Positions 27,381-37,853 are shown, counted from the first letter of the stretch. The stretch: 64,000 nucleotides of DNA from Candidatus Woesearchaeota archaeon (GCA_016180235.1 JACPBQ010000003.1:14958-78957); one strand, 5' to 3'. A program made the numbers and translations. Notes: generated by a model not told the origin, from the letters alone.

Positions 27381-30029
27381 ATGCACCACAAGAAAATAGA
27401 TGATGTATTCCGGGAATTAGAGACAGGAAAAGAGGGGCTTGCAGAAGCAGAAGCAGAAAAAAGGCTGCAAAAGCACGGCTATAACGAGATAAAGCAGGCA
27501 AAAAAATTAAGCCCGGTTAAAATATTCTTGTCGCAGTTCAACAGCGTTGTAATCTACATACTTATTGCAGCGCTTGCGATATCTGTTTTTCTTGGCGAGA
27601 CAGTGGATGCGATAGTGATAGGGGCAATTGTAATTGCAAATGCAATCATAGGCTTCATACAGGAATACAATGCTGAAAAGTCAATCGAAGCCCTCAAAAA
27701 ACTTGCCAGTTTAAAAGCCACAGTGATAAGGGACGGGAAGGAAAAATCAATAGACGCGAAATTTCTGGTTCCTGGAGACATAATCAAGCTGCAGACAGGC
27801 GACAAGATACCTGCAGATGCAAGAGTCATAGAGTTGGTGATACTTGAGACGCAGGAAGCTGCACTTACAGGAGAGAGCCAGCCTGTTAAAAAAGAGCTGA
27901 TAGTGCTTCCTGAAAAGACCCAGCTTGCGGACAGGCTAAACATGGTTTTTTCTGGGACAATAATAACCAATGGGAAAGGGAAAGCCATTGTGACAAATAC
28001 TGGCATGCAGAGCGAGATAGGCAAGATAGCCAGATTGATAGAGGAAGCAGAGGCAGAGTCAACCCCGTTGCAGAAGCAGATGAACAAGCTTGGAAAGCGT
28101 CTTGGAGCCTTGACAATTATTGTTGCAATAATCGTTTTCCTCTCCGGAATTCTGAAAGGGGGCTCGGTGCATGAGTTCCTCCTTGTTGCAGTCTCTCTTG
28201 CGGTAGCGGCAATTCCGGAAGGGCTTCCTGCTGTGGTTACAGTGGGACTGGCAATAGGTGTAAAGCGGATGATAAAGAAGAACGCTTTAGTGAGGAAACT
28301 GCCTTCTGTAGAAACACTTGGCTCGACAACAGTGATATGCACCGACAAGACAGGAACCCTGACAAAGAACGAGATGACCGTAAAGAAGGTCTATGCAAAT
28401 GGCAGGGTAATTGATGTTACCGGCTCCGGCTATGACCCAAAAGGGGAATTTGCCTTCAACAGAAAAAAAATTAGTCCAGATGAAATCAGCCTCTTGCTCC
28501 AAATAGGCGCTTTAAACAATGATGCTTCCATCTATGATGGAAATGTAGTAGGGGACCCTACCGAAGCTGCTTTGATTGTGAGCGCTGCAAAAGCAGGCAT
28601 AGACAGGGAAGCTTTGCAGCATAAATACCCAAGGAAAGATGAGATACTTTTTACCTCTGAAAGAAAGATAATGACCACGATGCACAGCATTGATGGAAAA
28701 AATGTTTCTTATGTTAAAGGAGCTCCTGAGTTTGTCCTTGGCTTATGCACTTCGATTTACGAAAAAGGCAGGACAAAGAAGCTTACGGAAGCAAAAAAGA
28801 AAGAAATTCTAAAGATAAACGAGGAATTTGCGAACAGCGCTTTGAGGGTTCTGGGCTTTGCTTATGGCCGCTTTACCAGCAAGTCAAAGGCAGAGAAGAA
28901 TCTTATCTTTGTAGGCTTGCAGGGAATGATGGACCCTCCAAGGGAGGAAGTCAAGGAAGCGATAAGGAAATGCAGCGATGCCGGCATAAGGGTAATAATG
29001 ATCACAGGGGATAATGCGGTGACGGCAAGGGCGATAGCAGATGCAATAGGCATAGAAGGCAGGGTAATGACCGGTATTGATTTGGAGAAGATGGACGGCC
29101 ATGACTTAAGCAAATATGCTGATAATGTCTCGATATTTGCAAGAGTAAACCCGGAGCATAAGAACAAGATTGTAGCTGCCCTGAAGAAAAAAGGGCATAT
29201 TGTGGCCATGACTGGTGATGGCGTCAATGATGCTCCTGCCCTGAAGAAATCAGACATAGGGATAGCGATGGGCATTACAGGAACCGATGTTGCCAAAGAA
29301 GCCTCGCATATGATACTTACTGACGATAATTTTGCGTCAATTGTAAATGCGATTGAGGAAGGCAGGGGCACCTATAACAACATAAGGAAATATTTTGCTT
29401 TCCTGATATCAGGCAACATAGCCGAGATCCTGATTGTTTTCCTCGCGATATTATTTGGCTGGTCAGTCCCCATAACTGCGACCCAGATACTGCTGATAAA
29501 CCTGGTTACTGACGGGCTGCCGGCCGTTGCATTAAGTGCAGATCCATTCGAGCCCAGAGCAATGTCAAGGAAGCCGAGAAGCCAGAAGGACCATATATAC
29601 AAGGAGATGAATGCTTACCTGATTTATTATCCTCTTGCAATGACTTTGGCAGCCCTCTCTGTTTTCTATTACTTCAACTTCATAATAGGAAATCATGCAC
29701 AGGCGCAGACTGCTGTTTTCATTACAGTTGTGTCATTCGAGCTTTACCAGGCCTTCTCATGCAGATCAACAATCTATCCTTCATTGAGGGTTGGGATTTT
29801 CAGGAACAAGTGGCTGGTGCTTGCTGTTTTCAGCTCATTTGCTTTTGCTGCAGCATCAATCTTTATTCCGTCTTTTGGAAGATTCCTTGACATGACTCCT
29901 TTGCCAATAGGGACTTTTATAACAATCGTGCTGTTGTCAAGCATAGGCGCAATAATCATAGAAGCGACAAAATACTACAAAACCAGGAATGAGAGGATAG
30001 ATTTTGCCGAAAGCAGATTAAAAATTTAA
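27381..30029 (+). CDS. P-type (P2A, Ca2+-type) cation-transporting ATPase
   Basis: TGES, PEGLP, DKTGTLT, KGAPE, TGDGVNDAPAL. Confidence 0.96.
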   Translation: MHHKKIDDVFRELETGKEGLAEAEAEKRLQKHGYNEIKQAKKLSPVKIFLSQFNSVVIYILIAALAISVFLGETVDAIVIGAIVIANAIIGFIQEYNAEKSIEALKKLASLKATVIRDGKEKSIDAKFLVPGDIIKLQTGDKIPADARVIELVILETQEAALTGESQPVKKELIVLPEKTQLADRLNMVFSGTIITNGKGKAIVTNTGMQSEIGKIARLIEEAEAESTPLQKQMNKLGKRLGALTIIVAIIVFLSGILKGGSVHEFLLVAVSLAVAAIPEGLPAVVTVGLAIGVKRMIKKNALVRKLPSVETLGSTTVICTDKTGTLTKNEMTVKKVYANGRVIDVTGSGYDPKGEFAFNRKKISPDEISLLLQIGALNNDASIYDGNVVGDPTEAALIVSAAKAGIDREALQHKYPRKDEILFTSERKIMTTMHSIDGKNVSYVKGAPEFVLGLCTSIYEKGRTKKLTEAKKKEILKINEEFANSALRVLGFAYGRFTSKSKAEKNLIFVGLQGMMDPPREEVKEAIRKCSDAGIRVIMITGDNAVTARAIADAIGIEGRVMTGIDLEKMDGHDLSKYADNVSIFARVNPEHKNKIVAALKKKGHIVAMTGDGVNDAPALKKSDIGIAMGITGTDVAKEASHMILTDDNFASIVNAIEEGRGTYNNIRKYFAFLISGNIAEILIVFLAILFGWSVPITATQILLINLVTDGLPAVALSADPFEPRAMSRKPRSQKDHIYKEMNAYLIYYPLAMTLAALSVFYYFNFIIGNHAQAQTAVFITVVSFELYQAFSCRSTIYPSLRVGIFRNKWLVLAVFSSFAFAAASIFIPSFGRFLDMTPLPIGTFITIVLLSSIGAIIIEATKYYKTRNERIDFAESRLKI

Positions 30030-30098
30030 CAACACACCTAGCTGTTTAACTTTATCCTGACTATCAAATTTATAAATAAAACCCTCTTTCTGCGGCAT

Positions 30099-32081
30099 AT
30101 GGAATTAAGGCAAATCTGCACTGAAATCTTGAAGGAAGCAAAGAAGGAAAAAATCAATGACTTAAAGTCCTTCAACAAAGTTAAATTAAAGGTTCTTCAG
30201 ATGCTTAACTATCCTAAAATACCTAAAAATGCAACAATAGCATCAATGGCTTCAGAAAAAGACAGGAAAGATTTCAAGAATATTCTTTCAATGAAGCCTG
30301 TAAGGACAATTTCCGGGGTTGCTCCAATAGCCCTGATGACAGACCCCTACCCTTGCCCGCATACAATAAAAGGTATAGGCCCATGCACTTACTGCCCCGG
30401 AGGCCCCGGAAGCGTTTTTGGGGATGTCCCTCAAAGCTATACAGGCAAAGAGCCGTCAACAAGGCGCGCAATAAGAAACCATTACGATCCCTATCTCGGG
30501 GTTTTTAACAGGCTTGAGCACTATGTCGCGATGGGCTCAGTGCCTGAAAAGTGCGATGTGATTTTACAGGGAGGCACATTTCCGTTTTCCCCGTGGATTT
30601 ACCAGGAATATTTTGTAAAATATCTGCTTAAGGCAATGAATGATTTTTCCAGGCTGTTTTACGGCAAAAAGGGGCTGGACAAGAAAAAATTCAATTTATT
30701 TTTTGAGATGCCTGCCAATATAGAAGATGATGCAAGGACGGAAAGAATACATAAGAAATTGTTTTTTATAAAAAATCTGGATTTGGACAATAAAAAAACA
30801 TTAAGCAACATCAATAATTTGTTTTTTAATAATAAAAATACCAATAATAATATTGCAATAATAAAAAACAACCCAATAATCAATAATAAAATAAACAATG
30901 GGGAAAATTTAATAAAAAATAATAAAAAAAATTATAATAATGAGAAATCTAGTAATGGCCCTGTTTCTGATGCTAACCTTATTGCGATGAAAAAAGTCAG
31001 GGAAAAGGTTAATTGGCAGGATAATCCAAAAATAACTCTTGAACAAATGCAGAAAGATAATGAAACAGCAAAGATAAGATGCGTAGGATTGACAATAGAA
31101 ACCAAAAGTGATTACGGGAAATTACTTCATGGAAACCAGATGCTGAAATTAGGATGCACAAGAGTTGAGATTGGCATACAATCAATTTATGAAGAAGTAC
31201 TGGAAAAAACAAACAGGGGAAATACAGTACAGGATAATATCGATTCTATAAGAATATTGAAAGATCTGGGGTTTAAAATTAATGCCCATTACATGCCCGG
31301 ATTGCCGCTGACAACAAAAAAGATGGACCGGAAAGGCCTAAAGGCATTATTTGAGAATCCTGACTACAGGCCGGATATGCTGAAGATATACCCTTGCATG
31401 GTAATGCCCGGCACAGGGCTTTATGACGACTATAAGTCCGGAAAATTCAAGCCATTGTCCACGAAAGAGGCTGCTGAGCTGATAGCCGAGATGTTTTCCT
31501 ATGCTCCTGAATGGGTTAGAGTCATGCGCGTGCAGAGGGATATTCCGACTTATGCGACTTCTGCAGGAGTGGACAGGACCAACTTAAGGCAGTATGCAGA
31601 AAAAATAATGGAGCAAAAAAGAATTAAAAGCAGGGACATCAGGAGCAGGGAAGCTGGATTGAATTTCATCAAAAATAAAAAAATAAATATAAAAAATTTA
31701 AAAATAAAAATAACCGAATACGAAGCCTCGAACGGAAAGGAATTTTTCATTGCTGCAGAAGATGAAAAAAATGATATTTTGTTTGGCTATTGTAGGCTGA
31801 GATTCCCTTCAGAATTCCTGAGGCCTGAAATAACAAAAAACTCTGCTTTGGTAAGGGAGCTTCATGTCTACTCAGCAGCTGTAGAAATAGGAAAAACATC
31901 AGATGATAGCTTCCAGCACAGGGGCATAGGCAGGCAATTGCTGAAAAAAGCAGAGGAAATCGCGAAAAACAATAACAAAGATAAAATGGTTGTGATATCC
32001 GGTATCGGAACAAGGGAATATTTCAGGAAATTCAATTATGAACTGGAAGGGCCGTATATGGTGAAAAAATGGCAGATTTAA
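30099..32081 (+). CDS. elp3: Elp3 tRNA uridine(34) acetyltransferase (radical SAM + GNAT)
   Basis: RTISGVAPIA, CPH...CTYCPGG, PQSYTG, KIYP, RVQRDIP, RELHVY, QHRGIG. Confidence 0.95.
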   Translation: MELRQICTEILKEAKKEKINDLKSFNKVKLKVLQMLNYPKIPKNATIASMASEKDRKDFKNILSMKPVRTISGVAPIALMTDPYPCPHTIKGIGPCTYCPGGPGSVFGDVPQSYTGKEPSTRRAIRNHYDPYLGVFNRLEHYVAMGSVPEKCDVILQGGTFPFSPWIYQEYFVKYLLKAMNDFSRLFYGKKGLDKKKFNLFFEMPANIEDDARTERIHKKLFFIKNLDLDNKKTLSNINNLFFNNKNTNNNIAIIKNNPIINNKINNGENLIKNNKKNYNNEKSSNGPVSDANLIAMKKVREKVNWQDNPKITLEQMQKDNETAKIRCVGLTIETKSDYGKLLHGNQMLKLGCTRVEIGIQSIYEEVLEKTNRGNTVQDNIDSIRILKDLGFKINAHYMPGLPLTTKKMDRKGLKALFENPDYRPDMLKIYPCMVMPGTGLYDDYKSGKFKPLSTKEAAELIAEMFSYAPEWVRVMRVQRDIPTYATSAGVDRTNLRQYAEKIMEQKRIKSRDIRSREAGLNFIKNKKINIKNLKIKITEYEASNGKEFFIAAEDEKNDILFGYCRLRFPSEFLRPEITKNSALVRELHVYSAAVEIGKTSDDSFQHRGIGRQLLKKAEEIAKNNNKDKMVVISGIGTREYFRKFNYELEGPYMVKKWQI

Positions 32082-32839
32082 GAACAGCGCAGGTAACAAA
32101 GCAATTGGGCATAACGAGGGACCAGCTTGAAAGATTAGCACGAGTTAATGGGCTAAGCAGGCATCGGGATGGAAAATATATTGAATACGAACCAGAGGAG
32201 ATAACAAAACTACAGAGAGGCATAGGTGTGTACAGGCATCTTGGAACCGAGAAGATGCGAGAACTATATGTGCTTATTCAAGAGGAAGGAGACCCCCGTA
32301 TAATTCATAATCATTTTGGCAATATTCCTTATATTAATCTGGCATTAGCTGCTGATTTTTATGGTGGTGAAAGGGGAAAGATGCTATCTAGCTCAGTTAT
32401 TGAAGCTATAAAAAACTCTGATTTGTTGTTGCCTGGAGAAGTGCAGTCAAGACTCAAAGTAAGCTCAAGAAGAGTCGTCCATGGCTTGTTTGAAGCAGGC
32501 TCCCTAGATGCAAGGGTTGTTGGAGGAGTTAATCTAATCCCTCTTGAATCTCTGCTTGATTATATCGGAAACGAAAGAGCAGGCAAGCCTCTCTATAATT
32601 CAAGGCAGGCGCAGGAAGAGCTCAGAAAACAGGGGCTTGAAATTCCTCTTGATAGGCTTAGGAGAATAGCCCACACGGCAGGACTTGGAATGCACCTAAA
32701 CCCAACAAACGGGTTAAACCCAAGTAATGGGGATAGTAATGGCAGGATTTATGGCAATCTGCGTTTTACTTTGGATGAAATATGGGCAATAGCTGAAACA
32801 GCAAGAAAATACAATGATTCAAGATCAAGTTCAATTTAA
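32069..32839 (+). CDS. protein with about 3 MerR/excisionase-like HTH modules
   Basis: LRTAQVTKQLGITRDQLERLAR; LLPGEVQSRLKVSSRRVV...IPLESL; YNSRQAQEEL...RFTLDEI. Confidence 0.65.
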   Translation: MADLRTAQVTKQLGITRDQLERLARVNGLSRHRDGKYIEYEPEEITKLQRGIGVYRHLGTEKMRELYVLIQEEGDPRIIHNHFGNIPYINLALAADFYGGERGKMLSSSVIEAIKNSDLLLPGEVQSRLKVSSRRVVHGLFEAGSLDARVVGGVNLIPLESLLDYIGNERAGKPLYNSRQAQEELRKQGLEIPLDRLRRIAHTAGLGMHLNPTNGLNPSNGDSNGRIYGNLRFTLDEIWAIAETARKYNDSRSSSI

Positions 32840-33788
32840 GGAAAAATTCATAGAACGATATTCTCGATTGACAGACTGGGAAGCCTTCAAGACCTGCTCT
32901 TTGTCTTTCTTAAGAAGATCAATCAGGGTAAACACCTTAAAAATATCAATACCGGAACTGAAAAAAAGGCTGGAAAAAAACTGGAATCTTACTCAAGTGC
33001 CTTGGTGCAAAGAAGGCTTCTGGATTGAACACAAGAAAAAAGAAAGAAGGGACATTGGAAATTTGATTGAGCACCCTTTGGGCTATTTCTACACGCAGGA
33101 AGCAGCTTCCATGATACCGCCAATAGTTCTGGAACCCAAAGAAAACGAAATAATCCTGGACATGGCTGCTTCTCCAGGAAGCAAAACAACCCAGATAGCC
33201 CAGTACATGAAAAACACGGGAATTTTAGTAGCTAATGACTATACCAGCGACAGGATGAAGCCATTAAGCATAAACATGCAAAGATGCGGAATAACAAATG
33301 CAATCATAACATTGATGCAGGGCCAGTGGTTTCATAATGCAAACATCAAGTTTGACAGGATTTTAGTGGATGCTCCTTGCTCCGGCACAGGTACAATAAG
33401 GAAGAGCCTGAAAACATTAAGAATCTGGAATCCGAACATGGTCAAAAGGCTTTCAATAACTCAAAAACAATTATTAGAAACGGCATTTAACATATTAAAA
33501 GATGATGGAACCATGGTTTACTCTACATGCTCTTTGGAGCCGGAAGAAAACGAGGCAGTGGTTGATTTTTTAATAAACAAATATGATAATGCAAAATTAG
33601 AAGAGATAAATATCAAAAATGCTCGGACAGAGTCTGGCACCAACTCCGTTGGTTTGAAAAAAAGCGAGCCAATTTTAAGCTTTGAAAATAAAAATTATAA
33701 TGAAAACATAAAAAAATGCCTGAGAATCTGGCCGCAGGACAATGACACTGAGGGCTTCTTCGTAGCAAAAATAAGAAAATCAGCCTAA
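32814..33788 (+). CDS. RsmB/NOL1/NOP2 RNA m5C methyltransferase
   Basis: QEAASMIP, DMAASPGSKTTQ, DAPCSGTG, YSTCSL.PEENE. Confidence 0.95.
   Translation: MIQDQVQFKEKFIERYSRLTDWEAFKTCSLSFLRRSIRVNTLKISIPELKKRLEKNWNLTQVPWCKEGFWIEHKKKERRDIGNLIEHPLGYFYTQEAASMIPPIVLEPKENEIILDMAASPGSKTTQIAQYMKNTGILVANDYTSDRMKPLSINMQRCGITNAIITLMQGQWFHNANIKFDRILVDAPCSGTGTIRKSLKTLRIWNPNMVKRLSITQKQLLETAFNILKDDGTMVYSTCSLEPEENEAVVDFLINKYDNAKLEEINIKNARTESGTNSVGLKKSEPILSFENKNYNENIKKCLRIWPQDNDTEGFFVAKIRKSA
33619..33653. repeat. palindromic element in frame within the methyltransferase
   Basis: ATGCT-CGGAC-AGA-GTCTG-GCAC-CAAC-TCC-GTTGGT; 18-mer identical to 27222-27239. Confidence 0.8.
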
Positions 33789-34330
33789 TTAACAATTACT
33801 TCCTTATGGCCGTTCATCTTTGAAAAGCCGTTTGTCATCTTAAGCTCCCTTACCTTGTTCCTCAGGAACTTGATGGTTTTCTCATTATCCTGGTGGTTCA
33901 GAATATTGCCGCACTCGGGGCATTTGAACTCAAAGTCGGTAGCTTTGTCAAAATTTACCCTTACGCAGGCATTAGGGCACATGTAAATGTTGCCTTTGTT
34001 GATTTCCTCTTCCCTGAGCCTCTGGGCAAATTTGTCAATCTTTGAATAATGGACATCCTTCATCAGGTCTCCAACCCTTTTCTTGTTGAAAGTCCAGTAA
34101 GAAATATACCACCCTTTCTGCCTGTCCTTTTTCCTGTAGTAAGTGACTAGATTATGGTTGTAAAGCCTGTACAGTATATTCCTTATCTCATGGATATCGG
34201 TCTTTACCTTTTCAGCAATCTTGAAGTCAGAAATATTCTTTTTGTCCTTAAGGAACTCAACTACCTTGATGGAGTCTTCCCCCACAACTTCTTTTACAGT
34301 TTCGTAAATCTTCGTGTCTGTGATTCTCAT
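33785..34330 (-). CDS. tfe: transcription factor E (TFE alpha)
   Basis: winged helix IRNILYRLY...RKKD..KGWYISYW plus Zn ribbon CPNAC...FKCPECG; start may be TTG 34351. Confidence 0.92.
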   Translation of the reverse strand: MRITDTKIYETVKEVVGEDSIKVVEFLKDKKNISDFKIAEKVKTDIHEIRNILYRLYNHNLVTYYRKKDRQKGWYISYWTFNKKRVGDLMKDVHYSKIDKFAQRLREEEINKGNIYMCPNACVRVNFDKATDFEFKCPECGNILNHQDNEKTIKFLRNKVRELKMTNGFSKMNGHKEVIVN

Positions 34331-34720
34331 TTTTGACCTTTTTGTAAGCAAAAAATCCCCCTTCCAGGCTCAAAGGAGAAAAGAGGTGATCAAAACTCCT
34401 AGTGCCTTTCAGGCGGGATTAATTTAATAACATGACTTTGTCTTATTATTTTCAGCTTCCTGACTTCTTCCACCCCACTTAGACAATAATGTCAGGTTGT
34501 CTCTTTTTTATGCTTTAACAGGTCCAGAACCCCATTATATCATCTAGGACCTAGCATAGAGTATAAATGCTTGTTATATATAAACTTTGCTATGCTCTAA
34601 AACCACCTTTTTGAAATATCTATTGATAAGCATATATTTAAACCTTTTGTTTTTAGTACAGTTTATTATTTAAAACTCCGGAAACTATAGTTTAAAAGCA
34701 CTAAAAACCGGCAGATTAAG

Positions 34721-35155
34721 ATGAAAAAAGAGCGCTCGGCAGGAGCTGTAGTATTCAGGAAAGACAAGGAAACCAGGTACTTATTGCTGCATTATGAAGC
34801 AGGCCATTGGGACTTTCCAAAGGGGCATATTGAGGAAAAAGAGACTGATATTGACACAATAAGAAGGGAAGTTGAGGAAGAAACGGGCATTAAAGACATT
34901 GAAATAATCTCAAATTTCAGGGAAAAAATACAGTATTATTACAAGTTACAGGGAGAATTAATGCAGAAAGAAGTTGTTTTCTGCATTGCAAAAACCAAAA
35001 CAGAGCAGGTAAGGATTTCTTTTGAGCATATAGGCTATATATGGCTTCCTTTTGATGAAGCATTTGAGAAACTGACTTATAAGAACGCTAAGGAAATGCT
35101 GCAAAAAGCCGATGAATTCCTCAAGAAGCACAAGACTTTGGATGATTTTTCATAA
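34721..35155 (+). CDS. Nudix hydrolase (Ap4A hydrolase-like)
   Basis: WDFPKGHIE...RREVEEETG. Confidence 0.92.
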   Translation: MKKERSAGAVVFRKDKETRYLLLHYEAGHWDFPKGHIEEKETDIDTIRREVEEETGIKDIEIISNFREKIQYYYKLQGELMQKEVVFCIAKTKTEQVRISFEHIGYIWLPFDEAFEKLTYKNAKEMLQKADEFLKKHKTLDDFS

Positions 35156-35222
35156 TTTTCACTTCTTTAAAGTAGTTAAAAATAGAAAGATTTATAAATA
35201 GCCATTTTACTATTTAAGATAT

Positions 35223-36062
35223 ATGATGATAAACTCTAATACCGAATTGTCGGATAGGATACTTGCATTATCAACGGCATTTAGGGACAACTTAGACCCC
35301 GCCATAAACCAGGAAATTTCATACACGGGCCTATTATCAAATCTTTTAATGTATGTTCCTGGAAAGACGGAACTTTCTGATGGTAGGGTACTAATTAAAC
35401 CTGAAAATTTAATGATGGGCTTATTCCTTCCTGGGGGTTTTGTGGTTACAGCCTATCATGGCATTAAACCTAATAAAGCATCATTAGACGAATTAGCAGA
35501 AGATATCCGAAAAGGGAGAAAGGACAAAAAAGAAGTACTTGACCAACTAAAACAATATGCCTTCATTGACATTTCTGGTGCAATTTCAAGAATCGATCCA
35601 ACTGAGGTTTATGCCGATGAAAGTTTGGACATAGCAGTAGTAGGGCTTTATAATAGATTTGGGGCAAGAAGGTTTCTAGTAGATTCAAGTGTTGAAAATG
35701 GAGACAAAATAGCTTCTTTATCATTTAATAAGGAGTGGCTGGCGCGTGATGGGAGCAAAGACATGCGTAACCCTAATTTATATCATATGATGGGTACTGT
35801 GTTGGATCCAAAAGAATATCCAGGAGGGGATAAATATCCGTCTGATACTCATTTTATTTTTAGTGGACAAAAAGCAAGAGGTTATAGCGGCTCTCCGGTT
35901 ATAAAAAATGGAAAGCTTGTTGGTATGAGGGTAAGTCATCAAGAAAGTAAAGCTGAAATTACTGCAATTAATGTAGTTAGAATTGCTAAAGTCGCAGAAT
36001 TTGTTGATACTGTGGTATACTCATTAGCGCGAAGTTATCTGCGAACGCAAGGTTTGAAGTAA
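35223..36062 (+). CDS. trypsin-like serine peptidase domain protein
   Basis: VTAYHG, LDIAVV, GYSGSPV. Confidence 0.8.
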   Translation: MMINSNTELSDRILALSTAFRDNLDPAINQEISYTGLLSNLLMYVPGKTELSDGRVLIKPENLMMGLFLPGGFVVTAYHGIKPNKASLDELAEDIRKGRKDKKEVLDQLKQYAFIDISGAISRIDPTEVYADESLDIAVVGLYNRFGARRFLVDSSVENGDKIASLSFNKEWLARDGSKDMRNPNLYHMMGTVLDPKEYPGGDKYPSDTHFIFSGQKARGYSGSPVIKNGKLVGMRVSHQESKAEITAINVVRIAKVAEFVDTVVYSLARSYLRTQGLK

Positions 36063-36137
36063 CTAATACCTTTTATAAATCCAAATTTCTGGTCTATTAT
36101 AAAAAAAAATATAAACTGATAAGTAAATGGAACTCTA

Positions 36138-37853
36138 ATGAAAAACACTCTCGTAGCAGAGCTATTGAGAAACATAGCCCAGCTTCTTGAAATTAAAGGT
36201 GAGTTGATATTTAAGATAAGGGCTTATGAGAAAGCTGCTTTAGTTATTGAAAACCTGGAAGAGGACATTGAGGAAATCTGGAAAAAAAGCAAATTGGATG
36301 ATATTCCTGGTGTCGGAGAGGCTTTGACTGAAAAAATATCCGAATTTCTAAAAACAGGAAAATTGCAGTATTATGAAAAATTAAAGAAAGAAGTCCCTGT
36401 TGATATGGAAGAATTAGGCAAAGTTCAGGGCTTAGGCCCGAAAACCATCCTAAAATTATACAAAAAATACAAAATCAGGAATTTAAAGGAGCTGGAAAAG
36501 GCCGCTAGAGAAGGAAAAATCCGGAAAATAGCAGGCTTAGGCCCTGTAGTTGAAAAAAACATACTCAAAAGCGTTCAATTTGCAAAAACCTCAGGAAAAA
36601 GGTTTCTTTTGGGGCATGCCCTGGACATAGCAGAGGAAATAAAAGCCAGATTAAAAAAACTTAAAGAAGCAGATAAAATAGAAATTGCCGGTTCTTTAAG
36701 AAGGAAAAAAGAGACTATCGGAGACATTGATATTCTTGTTACATCAAAAAAACCCGCAAAAATAATGGATTTTTTTGCTTCTATGGATGATGTGGAAAAT
36801 GTAATGGCAAAAGGCCCGACAAAAGCTTCGGTAAGGCTGAAAGAAGGCCTGGATGCCGACTTGAGGATAATTGATGAGAAAAGCTACGGCGCAGCTTTAT
36901 TGTATTTTACCGGAAACAAGCAGCACAACATTGTCTTGAGAAAAATTGCAATCAAAAAAGCAATGAAATTATCCGAATATGGGGTTTTCAATAAAAAAAC
37001 AACCAAATTATTGGCCGGAAAAACAGAGGAAGAGTGCTATAAAAAACTTGGATTAAGGTACATAGAGCCTGAAATAAGGGAGGATGAAGGCGAGATAGAA
37101 GCATCATTAAAAAACAAATTGCCGAAATTAATCGGATATGATGAATTGAAAAGTGACTTGCAAATGCACACCAAATGGAGCGACGGCAACAATACTGTTC
37201 TGGAAATGGCTATGGCAGCAAAAAAACTGGGCCATGAATATATCTGCATAACGGATCATGTCGGTAAAACCTTTAAGATTGCAAATTCGTTGGACGAAAA
37301 ACGGGTCAAAAAACAGAGAAAGGAAATTGATGATGTTAACCGCAAGTTAAGCGGAATCGTAGTTTTGCAAGGTGGAGAGGTAAACATAATGGATAATGGT
37401 GATTTAGACATGAAAGACTCTGTTTTAAGGGAATTGGATATTGTTTTGGCATCAATACATTCAGGCTTCAGGAATCCAAAAGAAAAGCTGACAAGGCGCA
37501 TCGTTAAAGCTATGGAAAATGAAAATGTGGATATCATAGCCCATCCTACTGGCAGACTGATAAACGAAAGGCCGGCTTACGAGCTTGATTTTGAAAAAAT
37601 TCTGGAAAAGGCAAACGAAACAAAGACAGTTCTGGAGATAAATGCCTACCCCGAAAGGATGGATCTGAATGACATCAATGTCAGAACAGCTTTAAAATAT
37701 GGCATTAAGCTGTCTATCGGCACTGATTCCCATGATGCTGACCAGTTAAGGAACTATAAATTAGGCATTGCGATAGCAAGACGAGGCTGGGCAGAGAAAA
37801 AAGACATAATCAACACTTACCCAGCCAAGGAAATGCTTAAATTATTGAAATAA
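36138..37853 (+). CDS. polX: DNA polymerase X / PHP exonuclease
   Basis: AGSLRR.KETIGDIDIL, YFTG, MHTKWSDG, AHPTGR, TDSH. Confidence 0.96.
   Translation: MKNTLVAELLRNIAQLLEIKGELIFKIRAYEKAALVIENLEEDIEEIWKKSKLDDIPGVGEALTEKISEFLKTGKLQYYEKLKKEVPVDMEELGKVQGLGPKTILKLYKKYKIRNLKELEKAAREGKIRKIAGLGPVVEKNILKSVQFAKTSGKRFLLGHALDIAEEIKARLKKLKEADKIEIAGSLRRKKETIGDIDILVTSKKPAKIMDFFASMDDVENVMAKGPTKASVRLKEGLDADLRIIDEKSYGAALLYFTGNKQHNIVLRKIAIKKAMKLSEYGVFNKKTTKLLAGKTEEECYKKLGLRYIEPEIREDEGEIEASLKNKLPKLIGYDELKSDLQMHTKWSDGNNTVLEMAMAAKKLGHEYICITDHVGKTFKIANSLDEKRVKKQRKEIDDVNRKLSGIVVLQGGEVNIMDNGDLDMKDSVLRELDIVLASIHSGFRNPKEKLTRRIVKAMENENVDIIAHPTGRLINERPAYELDFEKILEKANETKTVLEINAYPERMDLNDINVRTALKYGIKLSIGTDSHDADQLRNYKLGIAIARRGWAEKKDIINTYPAKEMLKLLK

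Noticed and set aside
27554-29602. Long antisense ORFs over the P-type ATPase (likewise over gap, the antiporter and glmS)
   Set aside because: Typical antisense shadows of conserved genes.
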